DNA of 64,000 nt, taken from the NCBI RefSeq assembly GCF_001194135.2, contig NC_068995.1, positions 24,938,944 to 25,002,943 on the forward strand, in the 5' to 3' direction. A program made the translations under genes and the position numbers. Source of the stretch: Octopus bimaculoides (lineage: Eukaryota). How positions within the stretch are numbered: the stretch's first letter is position 1; every line of letters starts with the position of its first letter. Shown piece after piece: positions 34,612 to 48,583 of the stretch. Below the pieces are notes generated by a model. The model was not told the DNA's origin. It did no database searches and saw only the letters and a program-made list of their open reading frames with translations.

Positions 34612-36466
34612 TAGGGTAGACAATCGTTACCTAGTTTCTGTTCTCGTGCAGTTTGGACTGGGTCTTGGTTTCTTCAGGTGGATCATACAGTTGTACGACA
34701 ACATCGACTCCGATCGTTCGGGTGAACGGCTTTCTTTCAGAGCCGTTCTGCATCAAGCGGTCGGTTTGCCAAGGGTGTCCACTCTCTCCGCTTTTATACG
34801 TAGTGGCCCTCGAGCCATTGCTGCGAAAGCTGAGTGGCATCCCGACGAACCCAGGAGGTGGAGGATCGGTTACGGCGTACGCGGACGACAACACTATCAT
34901 CGTGACCAAGATGGAACACACACAGAAAGTAGGCGAAACCAACAAGGTTTACGAGACGGTGACAGGAGCAAAAATTAATCGGGAAAAATCAGTCNNNNNN
35001 NNNNNNNNNNNNNNNNNNNNNNNNNNNNNNNNNNNNNNNNNNNNNNNNNNNNNNNNNNNNNNNNNNNNNNNNNNNNNNNNNNNNNNNNNNNNNNNNNNNN
35101 NNNNNNNNNNNNNNNNNNNNNNNNNNNNNNNNNNNNNNNNNNNNNNNNNNNNNNNNNNNNNNNNNNNNNNNNNNNNNNNNNNNNNNNNNNNNNNNNNNNN
35201 NNNNNNNNNNNNNNNNNNNNNNNNNNNNNNNNNNNNNNNNNNNNNNNNNNNNNNNNNNNNNNNNNNNNNNNNNNNNNNNNNNNNNNNNNNNNNNNNNNNN
35301 NNNNNNNNNNNNNNNNNNNNNNNNNNNNNNNNNNNNNNNNNNNNNNNNNNNNNNNNNNNNNNNNNNNNNNNNNNNNNNNNNNNNNNNNNNNGTGGTCGCC
35401 GCCCGCTAAGCGGATGTTCTCCAGCTTTACTAGTTTTGGTGGTAGAGGAAACTGGTTTCGTCGAAGATCGAGTTTAGGTACCTGGTATACGGAGTGCCAC
35501 AAGGCTCTCCTCCAGTTCCGCAACTCGGACAACGCCAACGGTTTCGGTACCACTGCGGCTTACTATAGTAGGCTTGGTAGAGGCTGGAAATGGTGATGCC
35601 CAGGGAAGGACCCTGGATCTCGATGACAATCAGTTAGACAGCCTGTTTCGAAGAACATTCGGGCCGAGAACACTGGATAATTTCCAAAAGTCTTTGGCCT
35701 GGCAGTGTTACCGAGGAGCCCTGTCTGTTCGGGATAAGCTCACCAGACACGGCCACCCTGGGCCGTCGGCCTGTTCAAGATGCGGGTAGGACGTGGAAAC
35801 CGTCCTGCACGCTATTGTTCAGTGTCCGGGTATATCAGAAGTGTGGACTTATGCAGAACATCTGTTGTCAGATGGGAGAAGAGTACAGTTATCGTCTGAA
35901 TCAATTCTAAAAATTAACCCGCCGGATTTCCTTACGGAAGGAGGTAAGAATTGTTTTCTCGTTGTAGTAGCAATTGCGAGAGAGGTGATATAGAAGTTGA
36001 GAATGAAAGGTATTGTGGCAGACAGCTTTGTCTCCGGCCTCGCTTTGGTGAATGTTTTCACTTCTCACTTGAAAAGGAAGGTGGGGCTGGAAAGGAAGTG
36101 TCTGTCAGAGTGTATGTTCCAAAAAAGATGGACGCGTGTAGCACGTATGTTGGGAGTGAAAGGCCCTGCGTGAGCACGTCATAGAGATTACCAAAGGTGT
36201 CGGTAGAGAAGACAGGGCTCGTNNNNNNNNNNCACGTCATAGAGATTACCAAAGGTGTCGGTAGAGAAGACAGGGCTCGTGGGGTCGGAGCATTCCTGTC
36301 TTTTAAACCCCATATTGTCTTTCATTGTATGTAAATGACTTTTGTGTCCCACTCGGCTTTTCATTCAGTCATTTTAAATTTTTACTCTCCTTTGTTGTAT
36401 ATGACCACCAGATCATACTGTATTGTCCCCTCTATGTGCGCCGGTAATAGGCAATAAAAGAAAAGG
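34612..36466 (+). mobile_element. 5'-truncated Tx1/L1-clade LINE with 24-bp TSD
   Basis: RVNGFLSEPF...SVCQGCPLSPLLY...AYADD...AKINREKS; C-terminal CSRCG...ETVLHAIVQC; TSD aaacagtctcacttcagcttcata at 34588-34611 and 36467-36490. Confidence 0.9.
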
Positions 36467-37239
36467 AAACAGTCTCACTTCAGCTTCATAGTAATGCGGA
36501 TTCTGAGGAGGAATGGTGTGTTTCTACCTTCGGTACAATACCACCAAATGAATCTTCATTTGTTTCAAAACTTATCTAGTAATTTCAGCGATTCCCTATC
36601 CATGAGTTGACGACACTTTAGCTCTTTGAAGTAATTTGGCAAAATTGTCGGTATACGATGTCAAGAGCTAGTCAAGATTTAGACAAAATGAATCAATAAA
36701 TAGATACATAAGTGAATAAAAAAAGGTAAAATATTTGTATTTGAACCGGGTATCCAAAGGAATCGAACATCAGTATCGAATTGTATCAGTAGACATCCTT
36801 GACATTACTCGAATAGAACTGAAAAATTCATCGAAAGGAAGTAAGGTGTATTGTCCACCTAGTTACGTTTAAGATTAAGATGCCACAGGTATTAAATTGT
36901 TTTCAAGCACTTCGATGTATTTTATTTTTAATATTTTGATGCATTTGTATGTTCCATTGTCCTCATTGTTCTCCAGAACTAACTCTTAATATCACCAAAC
37001 ACCTCTCTCTCTCTCTCTCTCTCTCTGCCAGTATTTAAAACGTGATACAAAGTCATAAACAAATTAACTTTTATCACATCGAATTTTTTCCTTGTCCTAG
37101 TAACTCTCTGTACAACTTCTACATGCTTAAATCTATCGGAAATTCACAGCAAAGCTCTCTTACTCTTGAAAAACAATATTCTTGCCTTCCACAGTGATTG
37201 ACATGAAACCCTTCCTGCAAAGTTACATGCCATAGATAT

Positions 37240-37900
37240 CCGCGTCTTAGACCAAAACTTTCTACTAAGACCATTCTATAATAGTGTGTGACGACGGAAT
37301 TCCATTTACTCTGGTGTACTGTTATTTCTTACACGTTATCCTTTCAACATGTAAATGACTGTTTCCTGATACCTTTAACAATAGTTACTCAAGTGCTAAT
37401 GATAACTCCCTATCCGTCTTTTCCTATAGACCCGTCATTCACATGCAATACAATTTACATTAGATACACACAAGACACAATATCAATAAATGTATGTGCA
37501 AGGCTTTACAATGATAGTCTTCAACAACCAAAACCAGAGTTCAAAGCCAGTCTACCTATTCAGGGACAAAAATACTTCAGCTCTTGAACATCACATCAGA
37601 ATACTGCTCACTTCTACCTAATTCTGAGCAACCACTACATACATAGACGCTTTAGATAGCATTAAAAGAAAATGGCAATCATGTTGCAGGCCTTACCCTG
37701 CTGGTGTATCATGCTCTGTCCCTTTTAACTGGACTTGCACCACAAAATACAGCAACCTCTGCACCACCCATTTGATACACAAGTCTCACCACCCTACATC
37801 AGCACAATGTGTCTTCAACAACCTTTAATAAAATATTTGCTTAAACTATTATTCTCAAACTGTAATTTTCAGCTCACTCTTATCCTCAATTTCAAACAGA
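37240..37900 (+). mobile_element. Old CR1/Jockey-like LINE relic
   Basis: Fragmentary similarity only (EYC..., IDALDSIKRK). Confidence 0.3.
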
Positions 37901-39327
37901 ACATCAGCAAGGACTTCCCCCGGTGAGAAGGCCAACGAAAACTACAGACACTCTTCGTATTCCTTTGTCTAAGAAACAAAATAAATAATATTAAAAGTAT
38001 TCAAGGCAAAAAATCAGATGTTGTCCATCTTTACAGGTGAGAGGAGTGACTGTTTCAACCAAACGATATGAAACAAAAAAAAAATTAGAGAAAGAGTAAT
38101 TTGAAAGAAGTAAAAGAAAACACATGAATAGGAGTGCATAGTAGACTACAACAGTGGTGTATGGTATATTACAAAAGTGTGATGAATGTGAAGAGAGTAC
38201 CGGAGCAGTGCAACAGTACGAGGGGGTGAATATAGTATCTGTAAAAAGCGCTAAAAGACAGAAAGAGTGTGTTGAAGACTAAATCGACAGAACAAAATAG
38301 AAAGAGAGAGAGAATAATTAGATGGATGCATGAATTAAGAAAAAAGAACAGAAGTGTAAGACAGAATATTAGTGAGAAAGAGAGAGTAGGCGAAAATATT
38401 AACAGTATATAAAAGGTTGGAAACGAACAGGAGAAATTAGTTTCGAGCTATGTATAGTATACACGCCTGTAGGGAGTGTTTGCAAATGTTATTAGCAGCA
38501 GCAGTAAAGTAACGGTGTGAAACTAAAGATTACATATGCATTCACAAATAAATAAATTATATCTTTGACAGAAACGGAGCGAAGCGATTTCGAAGTAGAT
38601 GCAATGCTGTTTTAAAGAAATCACCTTGTGTTAGATAAAAAAAAAAAAAAAAGTGTAAGATTTTACAGTAGTCAACTGACGTTGATAAATTATAGTTTAT
38701 AGTGGATGTCATTTCTATTTCAACCTCACCGCACTAAAAGGAAACTAAATATGGACTCTGATTGAATCATTGTATTCTCTTATTTTTTTTTAACTCATAT
38801 TACTTTCCTTTTTATTTTTCTGAACGATTTTACATCAACTCACTACAGAGACATACATATGGATGAATCTGTACATAGATATATGTCTCTCTTAAATGTG
38901 CGTGTAGACGTGATGCTATTTTAATGTGAAAAAGAGCATCTCTTGAAAAGCACGAGTTGTTTGCTCCTAGTAAGGCCAACAGTGAAATCGAAAACTAGCG
39001 AAGACAGAAAGACACAACTAGAGAAAGACAGGGAAGTACAGCTCAATTGATGAGACGTGAGTGAGGGAAGGATAGGTAGATATTTCTTTAATGATTTCGC
39101 TAAAAAAAAAGACTCGTTATTGGATTGATTACTAGATGATTAGATAAATGATAGAGTGGAGAGAAAGAAAGAGTAAGCTTTTCTTTACCGTTGGATTGTT
39201 TTCGTTTAGTATTTTGTATATCTGTTTATTCTATTCAGCATTATTGCATTCCAATTTAATTAATCCAGGTAAGCTATAAATATATTTATTTGCCTTTCAT
39301 TCACACAAAAATACACACATCACATGC

Positions 39328-39374
<47 letters not shown>

Positions 39375-40119
39375 AATATATACACATACATGCATCCACA
39401 CACGTTTTTGTGTATGTGTGTGTATGAATATGTATGTGTGATTGCCTGTTGCTTTCTATATTTATCGAACTGCTATTTTTATTTTCAGCTAACATTTTAG
39501 GTAATTAATGTCACCGTGTAAAAAAACAAGCACCGACTTATGTCTCCAAACTATATCCCTTATTTCACAATTACATGACTGGTCAGCCGATCTTGTTTTA
39601 AGAATTTGTAGAAATTATTTTGGTTTTAATTAATGTGAAAGAACAAAGCAAACGCCGTACAAGTAACCCCTAAATAAGTCACGACTGTTTACTGGTTTCG
39701 ATTCCCGGCTGTAGTACTTTCATTTCTCTTACGCCGCTGTGCATGAGAATAAAAGGGGTTTCGTTTAATCCAATTTTTATCATGTTTCCTCTATAAATCT
39801 CTGTAAATGCTCAAATCTAGCACCGATCGTGGTTTTCACAAGAGAGAAGTAAACTACATCACTTCAGCACTGGCCGATACTTAGAATTCGGCGCCCTCAT
39901 CTTTTTCCATATACATCTGATTTTTTTTTTTTTTGATAATTTTTAGATTTTGATAATTGTAATGGTCTACTATCTAAAAAATGTATGCTTCGATGTTCTA
40001 ATTATTAGTGTGCCGATTTTTTAATACCATGAAATAAATATCTTATCTTGCAAACCAATATAATAAAAATGTACAGAGTATAAACGTTACATAAACACTA
40101 GTGCGCACGCACACACGCA

Positions 40120-40460
40120 TGCATACCAACAGAGTACCCGTCGAAAACGACGGGTTATGTGAATATAGAATAAATTAGGCTAACGTAAAATATATAAATA
40201 AAGTGATGACATCTTCTTCGGATAATCTTCATCATTTTTCTGCATTTCTAAATTGAACAGTTTTTCTGTGGCTGAAAAATGCGTCTATTTGACATGGAAT
40301 TTCCTGTTGTATATTTGAAAAGTCCGCATAACTCGCTGTTTCTCTGGGCTTGTACTTGTATTTTTTGTCTAACCTTCCTTTCTCGCACCAATCGCCGCCT
40401 TCTTTCATTCAAATATTCCATGTGTATAAGTTTTAATTTTTTAGAATAACGAAGGGTATA
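40120..40460 (-). mobile_element. Possible piggyBac-derived relic
   Basis: Palindrome acccgtcgaaaacgacgggt (about 40136-40155), end aataacgaaggg resembling a CCCTT-type TIR, RRR-rich C-terminus-like reading; weak. Confidence 0.25.
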
Positions 40461-41159
40461 TGTATAGAAATAAAAGTATACTGCAGGGCAAATGACCGGT
40501 AACTTGATTAAATGAAAAAAGGATAAACTGGTAGCATAGATTTGGATACAGTCCTATTGATACAGATGTTTGCCTTCAAATATTGTTCGAGAAATGATAA
40601 CTTCCAAAAACCAACTATGAATTAGGTAGCATCTTAGTGAATGAGAGATGTGGAAATTGTGTCTCGATCAAAGAGAAAGATGGTTGGCATGGAATAAAAT
40701 GCATCATAAATGCAAGATTTGCAGGAACAATATTTTCCGCTCTTGGTTTTTTGTCCAATAAAAATTAGTCCTTCCCTCTTCTGTTAGTCTATATTCTAAT
40801 TCTTTCTTTCTCTCTCTCTTCTACACATTATACCTCATCTGACATTCCTAAATCATGAAAGAACCCACAACAAAAACAATTTTTATAAGTGTTGCATGCA
40901 AATTGACCTTATGTATGTGTTGTGTGTATGTATATATGTAAATATATGCATACATATATATAATACATGTATATCTATATGTATATAAATATATATACAT
41001 ATTTATATGCATATATATATGTATATAGGTGTATGTGTATATGTATGTATACATTGTGTATGTGTATATATTTATGCATACATTGTGTGTGTGTGTATAT
41101 ATATATGTATGTATGTATGTATACAGTGTGTGTGTGTGTGTATGGCTGTATGTAAGTAC

Positions 41160-41775
41160 AAGCAAGGTTGTGTGGTTCAGAAGTTTAATTTGCAGCAACA
41201 TGGTTCGTGGTAAATTTCTCAGTGTGTGGCACTTTGGGCAAATATCTTCTGCTGAAACCCTGGGCTGATTAATGTAGTGTGAGTGAATCTGGTTGAGGAA
41301 AACTGTGAAAACTTATTTTATGTACATGTGTGTCTTTGTCTTTGTTTCTGCCCCACCATAATTGTTTGGCAAACAGTCATTGTTTGTTTACATCCTGTAT
41401 CCTAGCAGTTCAGCAAAAGAAACTGATATAAATATCAGCTGTGAAAAAATAAGCTCTGGGTTTCTGGAGTCAATTTGTTTATCTTTTACTTGTTTCAGTC
41501 ATTAAACTGTGGCCATACTAAGGCACCACCTTGAACTTTTAGTCGATGAATCGACCCCCACCCCAGTCTCTTTTGCTGAACCGCTAAGTTACGGGGATGT
41601 AAACACACCAACACCAGTTGTCAAGCAGACAGGCTTCCTTCAGTTTCCATCTACCAAATCCACTCACAAGGTTTTGGTTGGCCTGGGACTATAGTAGATG
41701 ACACTTTCCCAAGAAGCCATGCCGTGGGACATACCCAGAACCATGTAGTTGGGAAGCAAGCTTCTTAACACACAG
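41160..41775. mobile_element. Tail-to-tail pair of SINE family 2 copies (+ 41160-41470; - 41480-41775)
   Basis: Both carry family-2 motifs in opposite orientation, with CpG-decayed variants. Confidence 0.65.
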
Positions 41776-44247
41776 TAGCTGCGGTCCAATGACTGAGTGA
41801 AAAATAAAAAGAAACTAGCAATGATTCAAAACCTAACTGTTAGGTAACAAGTCAGATCAAATCACAATAGTTTTATGTGATTGGTCTGTTAAGCAAGCAA
41901 CCAGCATCAAGCCATCACATGATTCAATCTTCTTGTGCCCTGTAAAAAGAACATTTTTGGCAGTAATTAATTGAGACAGCTGAGCAATATGTTTCTCCAT
42001 TCTTGTCACACCAGACAGCATGCATTTTTACTGTCAGATAACACAAGAAGGTGGCTAAAACAGAGGCACAGATAAGTAACAGCAACCTCCATCACCACAA
42101 ATACAGCACAATTGTTTTCACTTATGTTGGGCAAGCCACAAGTTATTGTATTAATAAATTAATTGGCTACACAATTAGCCATTACTCATAGTGTATGTGT
42201 AAATTTACAGCTTTATATGACCTTCATGGTGAAGTGTGTGTGTGTGTGTATATGTATGAGGTTTGTGTTATTCTGGTATAGTGTTGTTGTTAACTCTAAG
42301 TCAGTTCTGATTGAGCAGAATTGTGCTAAATGACAGTCCTACCATCAAATCAATCAACTCCATATAGCCTTCCTTCTGTATAGTTTTAAGTATTTAGATA
42401 TTTCCATGAATATAGTCACTAATATCAAGTTATCAAGTATCTACTTGATAACTTTTAAGGTAGTTTTCTTACTTCTTATTTGTTGCTTAGATTTCATATT
42501 GTATTTTCAAATGTCATAAGCAAAATTAATGTTTGCATTCTCACACAAGTATGGAGATAAAAAATGAACTTGCAAACAAATATAGTCAGTATGTATATTA
42601 TAATGATGTTGATGATGATGTTTCGATTGACTTATAGAGTTTGTAAGGGACAGAAAGGAAACGAAAATTTGTCGTGTTCAGGCATGCTTTCAGCATGAAT
42701 GGGAATGACTAATGCATACACTTTATGCAGTTTCCTTGCAAATATGCTTTGCCATAGATGTAACTGTAGTAGATACACCAGTGTCAGTTCATAGAATAGC
42801 AACCCAAAAGTTTTACCATACAAATGTCAACGTAGACTCATCATCATCATCTTTGTCATTGATCATTGTATTTTGCATTAGCAATATGTATTGTTAATAT
42901 TGGGTGCACCTGATCTTTAGAAAAGGTACACTATATCCTTGCTTGTTGTAAGAAGTGATTTAAAGAGTTGGCAACAGGAAAGGCATACAGCCATAACGGT
43001 GCCTCAAAAACTTCTGTTCAACCCATGTCAGCATGAACAGGTGGGCAACTGTATTCAGGTTATATAGTCCGGCAATCATGTAAGCTATTCTAGCTATATA
43101 AAACTGGTATCCGTGCCTAAATAATGTAATAGATTTTATTCAGTTCAGAGGTGAGGAGGAATGTCCATATTATTAGAGAAGCCTGAGCAGTGAAAGAGTT
43201 CCGGATTGTTACTGTTTTGGGAAGTAAGGACTCATCAAAGTGTTTAATACAGAGTTGTAATGATGAGTAATGATAATGAGAGCTAAAGAATCAGATAGCT
43301 TGTGTACTCTTGGATGGTATCTTATACACAGAAACTGTTGTTCTATCCATAGAAGAGACAGAAGTAGGATGTAATGTTGGGTTGTAATGTCTTGGTGATT
43401 CAAGGTTATTAGTTAGACAGCTTTATGTATCGGAGTTTACAATGCTTCATAGCAGTTACACTACTGCTTTAGATATGGAAGCAGTACTCTTATGAGAGTC
43501 TGAGCTGAAGTATTTTCTATTCCATAAGAAATCTTCGGAATGCAATTTTTGGTGTGTTATACATTAAGTTATATAAATTTCTGTACTTATTTCTTGCAAA
43601 TACAGAAAACGTAAAATTCAATGAATAAGGAAATGTAATTGTGACATTCATACTTTTAACTGAAATGCTTACATTCAGGATGTATATTATGGAATTCACT
43701 TGTTAATTGTTTACTTTTCATTAAATGCTTCTAAATTATGAAGTAAAACAGCTGTAAACTATAATATTTATTAAAACAGTGAATCGAGTTGATAAAAACT
43801 TCTGAAAATTTAATATTAAAACTGTTTGTAGAATTGTTTCAATATGAATTTGAAAATGCTAACTCATTGAAATTAAAAACTAGCTGTTGTCTAGCTACAT
43901 GATAAAATGAATTCTTGGATTTATCTGTCACTATTGTATAAAAGATAATGTTTAAGAATAAGTTGACAACATTGTTACTTGGAAGCTAACTGATATGTGT
44001 TGAAATAAACACATTTGTACTAAGGAGGTCAGGTTCATATCTGATCACAAGCATAAAGAAACTCAGTTGTTAACAACTGACACATCTAACTCGAGATACA
44101 TAACATGACTGGAAGTAGACAGTTACAAAACCATAGAATTAATGACTATTTTGCCGTCTTGCAGTGCTAAGTTCAGTTCTTCCACTACTGGAAAAAGCTA
44201 TCTGTAGTTGCCCTTAAGCAGACAGGCCATTGTCCCATGATCTACAC

Positions 44248-44464
44248 CAGTGTTTCTCAAGCTGTGGTTCTTAAAATACATGTGCAATAAGTCAGTTATA
44301 CTCCTACAATACGCAAAATATTTTAACAATTTTTTTTATACAGTTCCCAATAATATTTAATCATAAAAATATAATACAATTATTTTAAACATCAAATGTC
44401 TATGAGCATCCACCTGAGTAAAATAGGAATCAAAGGGGCTGTAAAAATTGGTTGAGAACCACTG
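44248..44464. mobile_element. hAT-type MITE
   Basis: TIRs cagtgtttctcaa / ttgagaaccactg; 8-bp TSD atctacac / ttctacac. Confidence 0.8.
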
Positions 44465-45289
44465 TTCTACACTGTTGTAATGTTTAGCTCAAATCATACG
44501 ACAATAGAGAAAAACCAAGTTGTGCTGTTAGCAAGGAATGAATCCCACCATGTTTGACCAGGTTGTGCAATATGACATTCTGCAGAGGGTTAATGGAAGA
44601 CAAAAATAATGTAGACTCATGTGATTCTCTGAACATTAATAAGAAGTATGGTGAATTTAATTGTTTCAGGTGATGCATTATTGTCAATTTCTAAAACATC
44701 TTGACCTGGCAATACTACTTGTATTATGCACTAACAATATGGGGGTAAGTTCAAGAGGCACAGTGAGAAAAAATTTGATACATTAGTTTGAAAAGACAGT
44801 AGCCAAGTTGCTGATAAAACCTTAACTTTCCTTGAAGTGTAAGATGTGAAGATGAAAACAAGAGTGTCCTGCTCTTGGATAAATTTTATGAAATATGTAT
44901 AATGGTTAGTTTCAAATGAGCAAATGCTTTGTTATTCTGAGAGGGTAAAGAATACTTAATCAAAACAGGGTTCTCAGGAGATCACAACAATCTGATTCTC
45001 AGTGAGTAGCTGTCCTCCTTTTATTTTGTTTTTGTTTTCCTTTATTTTATTTAATGCTTTCGTTTAGGAGGTGCTTAGTCTTGGATCTGTGAAATTATGA
45101 TGTTGATTTAAAGCCATGTTATTTCACATATTTGTTGCATAATTATTTGTGATGCATGGTTGTTTAATTAAGGCTCTTTTTTTAAATTTTATGTTGCATA
45201 ATGTTTTATTGATTCATGGTTGAAACTTCTGTTTAAAACTACAAAACCTAACATGGTCAAATAATGAATATTAATGGAGAATAATTAAT

Positions 45290-46200
45290 GCCAACACAAA
45301 TGACAAATGCTCTAAGACCAAATTTAGTAGAAGTCTAAAGAGATAAAATTTATATAAACTGTAGACAGACTACAACTAGTACACTGTCATTCAATATGAA
45401 AAATAGAACCCTAATCAAACAAGCTGATTATATGACATAATAACAGAGAAAATGATTAAAACAGATATAATAGTTTAAAACAAAAAGTGTGTGTACAGTG
45501 TGTGCATAATTATATCAGTAGGTATCATGATAAGGAAGAATACTAGGAAGCCTAAAATTGATTCCATTTGAAAACAAAAGATTCAACAGCAGATAAATTG
45601 CAAGAGGAAGAAAATAGCTTGAAACAGCAAAACCCAAAATGTACCAAAAATAAATAAAATAGAAATAAAATTTCATAGAAACTCAGAATTCAAGACAAAC
45701 AGGATTTTAATATGAAATATTAATTCAGTAGTTGAAAGTGAGAACATAGTATTTTAGAAACAAATCAAACAAAATAAAATGTTTTGAGATGATAAACAAG
45801 CCCTTTACAGGTAATTAAATATACAAAACAGAAAAGCTTCAACCAAGTAAAGAAAAAGAAGAAAAATATAGGCTGAAGCACTCTTATATTGCCAAATGCT
45901 TTGATAAAATAATTAATAGCAAAACGGTTAATGCCAAGAAAATTAATCCTTCTACTAAATTACAGAGGTAGATAACTCTAAAAACTGCTTGCTGATTTCT
46001 CATAGTTTGTATGAACACCTCAACAAAAGCAACCTTTGTAAAGAACAGAAGGAATTGTAAAAATCAGTTACTGATAAATAAGACAATATTATAAGACTGC
46101 AGACAGAATCAAAAGAATTTATTGCTTGGATAGGCTCTAAAGATAAACATATTACTAGAATCATCTTTAAAAAACTAACTTGAGAAAAAAGATGGAAGCA
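45290..46200 (+). mobile_element. Possible old R4/Dong-like LINE N-terminal relic
   Basis: A-rich strand with fragments such as F.DDKQALYR; heavily decayed. Confidence 0.25.
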
Positions 46201-46602
46201 TTTATTAAAAACTAGCTGATGTCTAGCTACATGATAAAATGAATTGTCCCAGTAGCAAGGCACAGCTTCAGCATTGTAAACTGGAATGTCGTTGTCTCAT
46301 ATCTGTGTTTCTATGCTGGCATGGGTTAGATGGCTTGTCATTGTGTAAGTCAGTTCTAATTTGGAATGATAACCCTCTTCAATGGATTTTGGACCACATC
46401 TCATTTGTGCATGATTAAAAATCCTGAAGAAACTAGACACAAAAACAAGAAATTCATTGACAAAATTTAGACTGCATCACCCAAAAGCTGACACACATCA
46501 CACATATATCTGTGGGCAGACTGGAAGAAAAGTCTTCATTCAATTTAAGGTAGTATATAAAACTGATACAGTTGGAATAAACATATCTAAAAATAAGGAA
46601 AG

Positions 46603-48300
46603 TACTGTATATTTTTGCATATAACATGACCTTTAAATCCTAAAATTTACCCTAAAAATTTAGGGTCATCTACTATCTTTCTAAAAACCAAACTTTAAAT
46701 TTTAAGTGATGTTACGAGCAAGTTAACTGCAACCTCGGTGTGGTAACCACAGACATACATGAACAGATTAACAAGATATTAAAAAAAGTATAATATAGGT
46801 AATAAAAACATTTTTACTTTATATGTTATTGGCATATCTTCATAATAAATAGCCTATTTGAGAGATAATTCTAAATCATTGAAATCAACTTTTATCTATG
46901 CAAGCTAAGCTGAGAAAATGTAAGCATTGAGTTATGGTTGTGCTCACAGTAACCTTTATCTTTCATTAACCTTTCAAAAATTCTAATAGTGATGTATAAC
47001 TGTAGTAATAACATTTAGAATTACATATTTATATTTTTAATAAAATATCTATTATCATTTGATGGCAAATAACACAATTTGGATCACACACAACCTTAAT
47101 TTTCCAATAAAGTTATTTTACAGTAGGTGTATTTAAAACATAAGACATTATAATTTTTTTTTTCCTATCAAAATAAATAATATTAATAAAACATCAAACC
47201 TGCCACATGTATTTATCTAAAACCCATCAAATTCTTCACAATCATCACTATCTGTTTCTAAAAGTTTCTCACATATATCACAAGATTCATTACATATGTC
47301 ATCATCATAAGGATTCCAGTCTGGCTCTGGTGAATCAAAATCAACTTTGTCATTACTATTGTACAGAATATCATCTTCAGTACCATCCATGGCATTAGAG
47401 ATACTGCATTTTTTTAAATGATTCTATCACATTTTCTACTTTAACTTTGTCCCATGCCTTTATAACAAAATCACAGAGAACTTCAAGTGAGGTAGCATGC
47501 ATAGCTCCACCATTTGTAAAAGATTTTCTCCATTCATCATCCTGTCATTCCATTGCTCTCTCACATTATCTTTAAATGGTTTGTTTAAACTGACATCAAG
47601 TGGCTGTACAATAGAAGTCAAACCATCAGGAATAACAGCAATATCAGTATTGGTTTTGGCTAACTGGGTTTTAATATTTGTCGTTACATGGCTACGAAAC
47701 ATATCCCAAACCAATAAGCTGCGTTCGTTTCGTATTCCACTTGGCCACTTTTACAAATAGTCTCAATCCATAATTTCACACCACTCTCATCCATCAACAC
47801 TTTCTCGTGAAAATGAACAAAAACGCCAGGGAGAAAATCTGTTTTGGGCTATGTTTTACGTTTAAAAATAACCATAGGTTTTAATTTTGTACTGTCAGCC
47901 ATGCTGCATAATATCACCATAAACCTCGTTTTCTCATATCCTGTGCTTTTAATGTCCACTGTTTTTACTCCTTTCAAATCTACCGTTTTGTTACCCAGCA
48001 TGTCAAAGTTTAATGGAGTTTCATCTATATTTCCAATATGAGACAATGAAAACTGATGCTTTTTTTCTCAGCTGGATGATGAACTGGTGAAAGCTGGTTA
48101 CTTTGTGATGGAAAAATCTCGGGAGTTTTTGAGTGATTTTTATTTTCTCCCTTATTACCAGATTTTTTCCTGTTCATAAAACGATTGCACCAGCCTACTG
48201 TTGCTTTAAAATCTCTGCATATTGATATGGGTATAAAATAATTATAAATTTCACTTGACAAGACAGTTTATGATCTTATATGAAGTGTAGGTAAATGGTT
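46603..48300 (-). mobile_element. Pogo/Tigger-family (DDE_1) transposon, degenerate
   Basis: HIGNIDETPLNFDM...KSTGYEKTRF.V.L...AD..KLKPMVIFKRK and WDMFRSH...VIPDGLTSIVQPLDVSLNKPFK; tactgtatatttttgcat at 46603 resembles a CpG-decayed TACCGTA TIR; other end not located. Confidence 0.85.
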
Positions 48301-48583
48301 ATTAATATGCCAGACTGACTGTAACTGTTTAGAACATTTCAGTCATATGAACCACCATTATCATATTGTTAGCGGTTGTTATGATAGTGATAAAGTTTTA
48401 ATCCAGTTCCCTATTAGGTGGTGTGTGTATGAAAAAACATAATATAGAAATGGATTTGTTATTTTGTTTATTTCAATTTCCAAGGATGTAGCAAGTAAAA
48501 AAAAAACATTTGTAATAATATCATCTTTATATGACTAATATTTCTAAAGATACCTGTTGTTGCAAAAGCTAGCCTGTACACAG

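Noticed and set aside
36175-36280. Exact 48-bp repeat around a 10-N gap
   Set aside because: Identical sequence either side of a placeholder gap indicates an assembly overlap.
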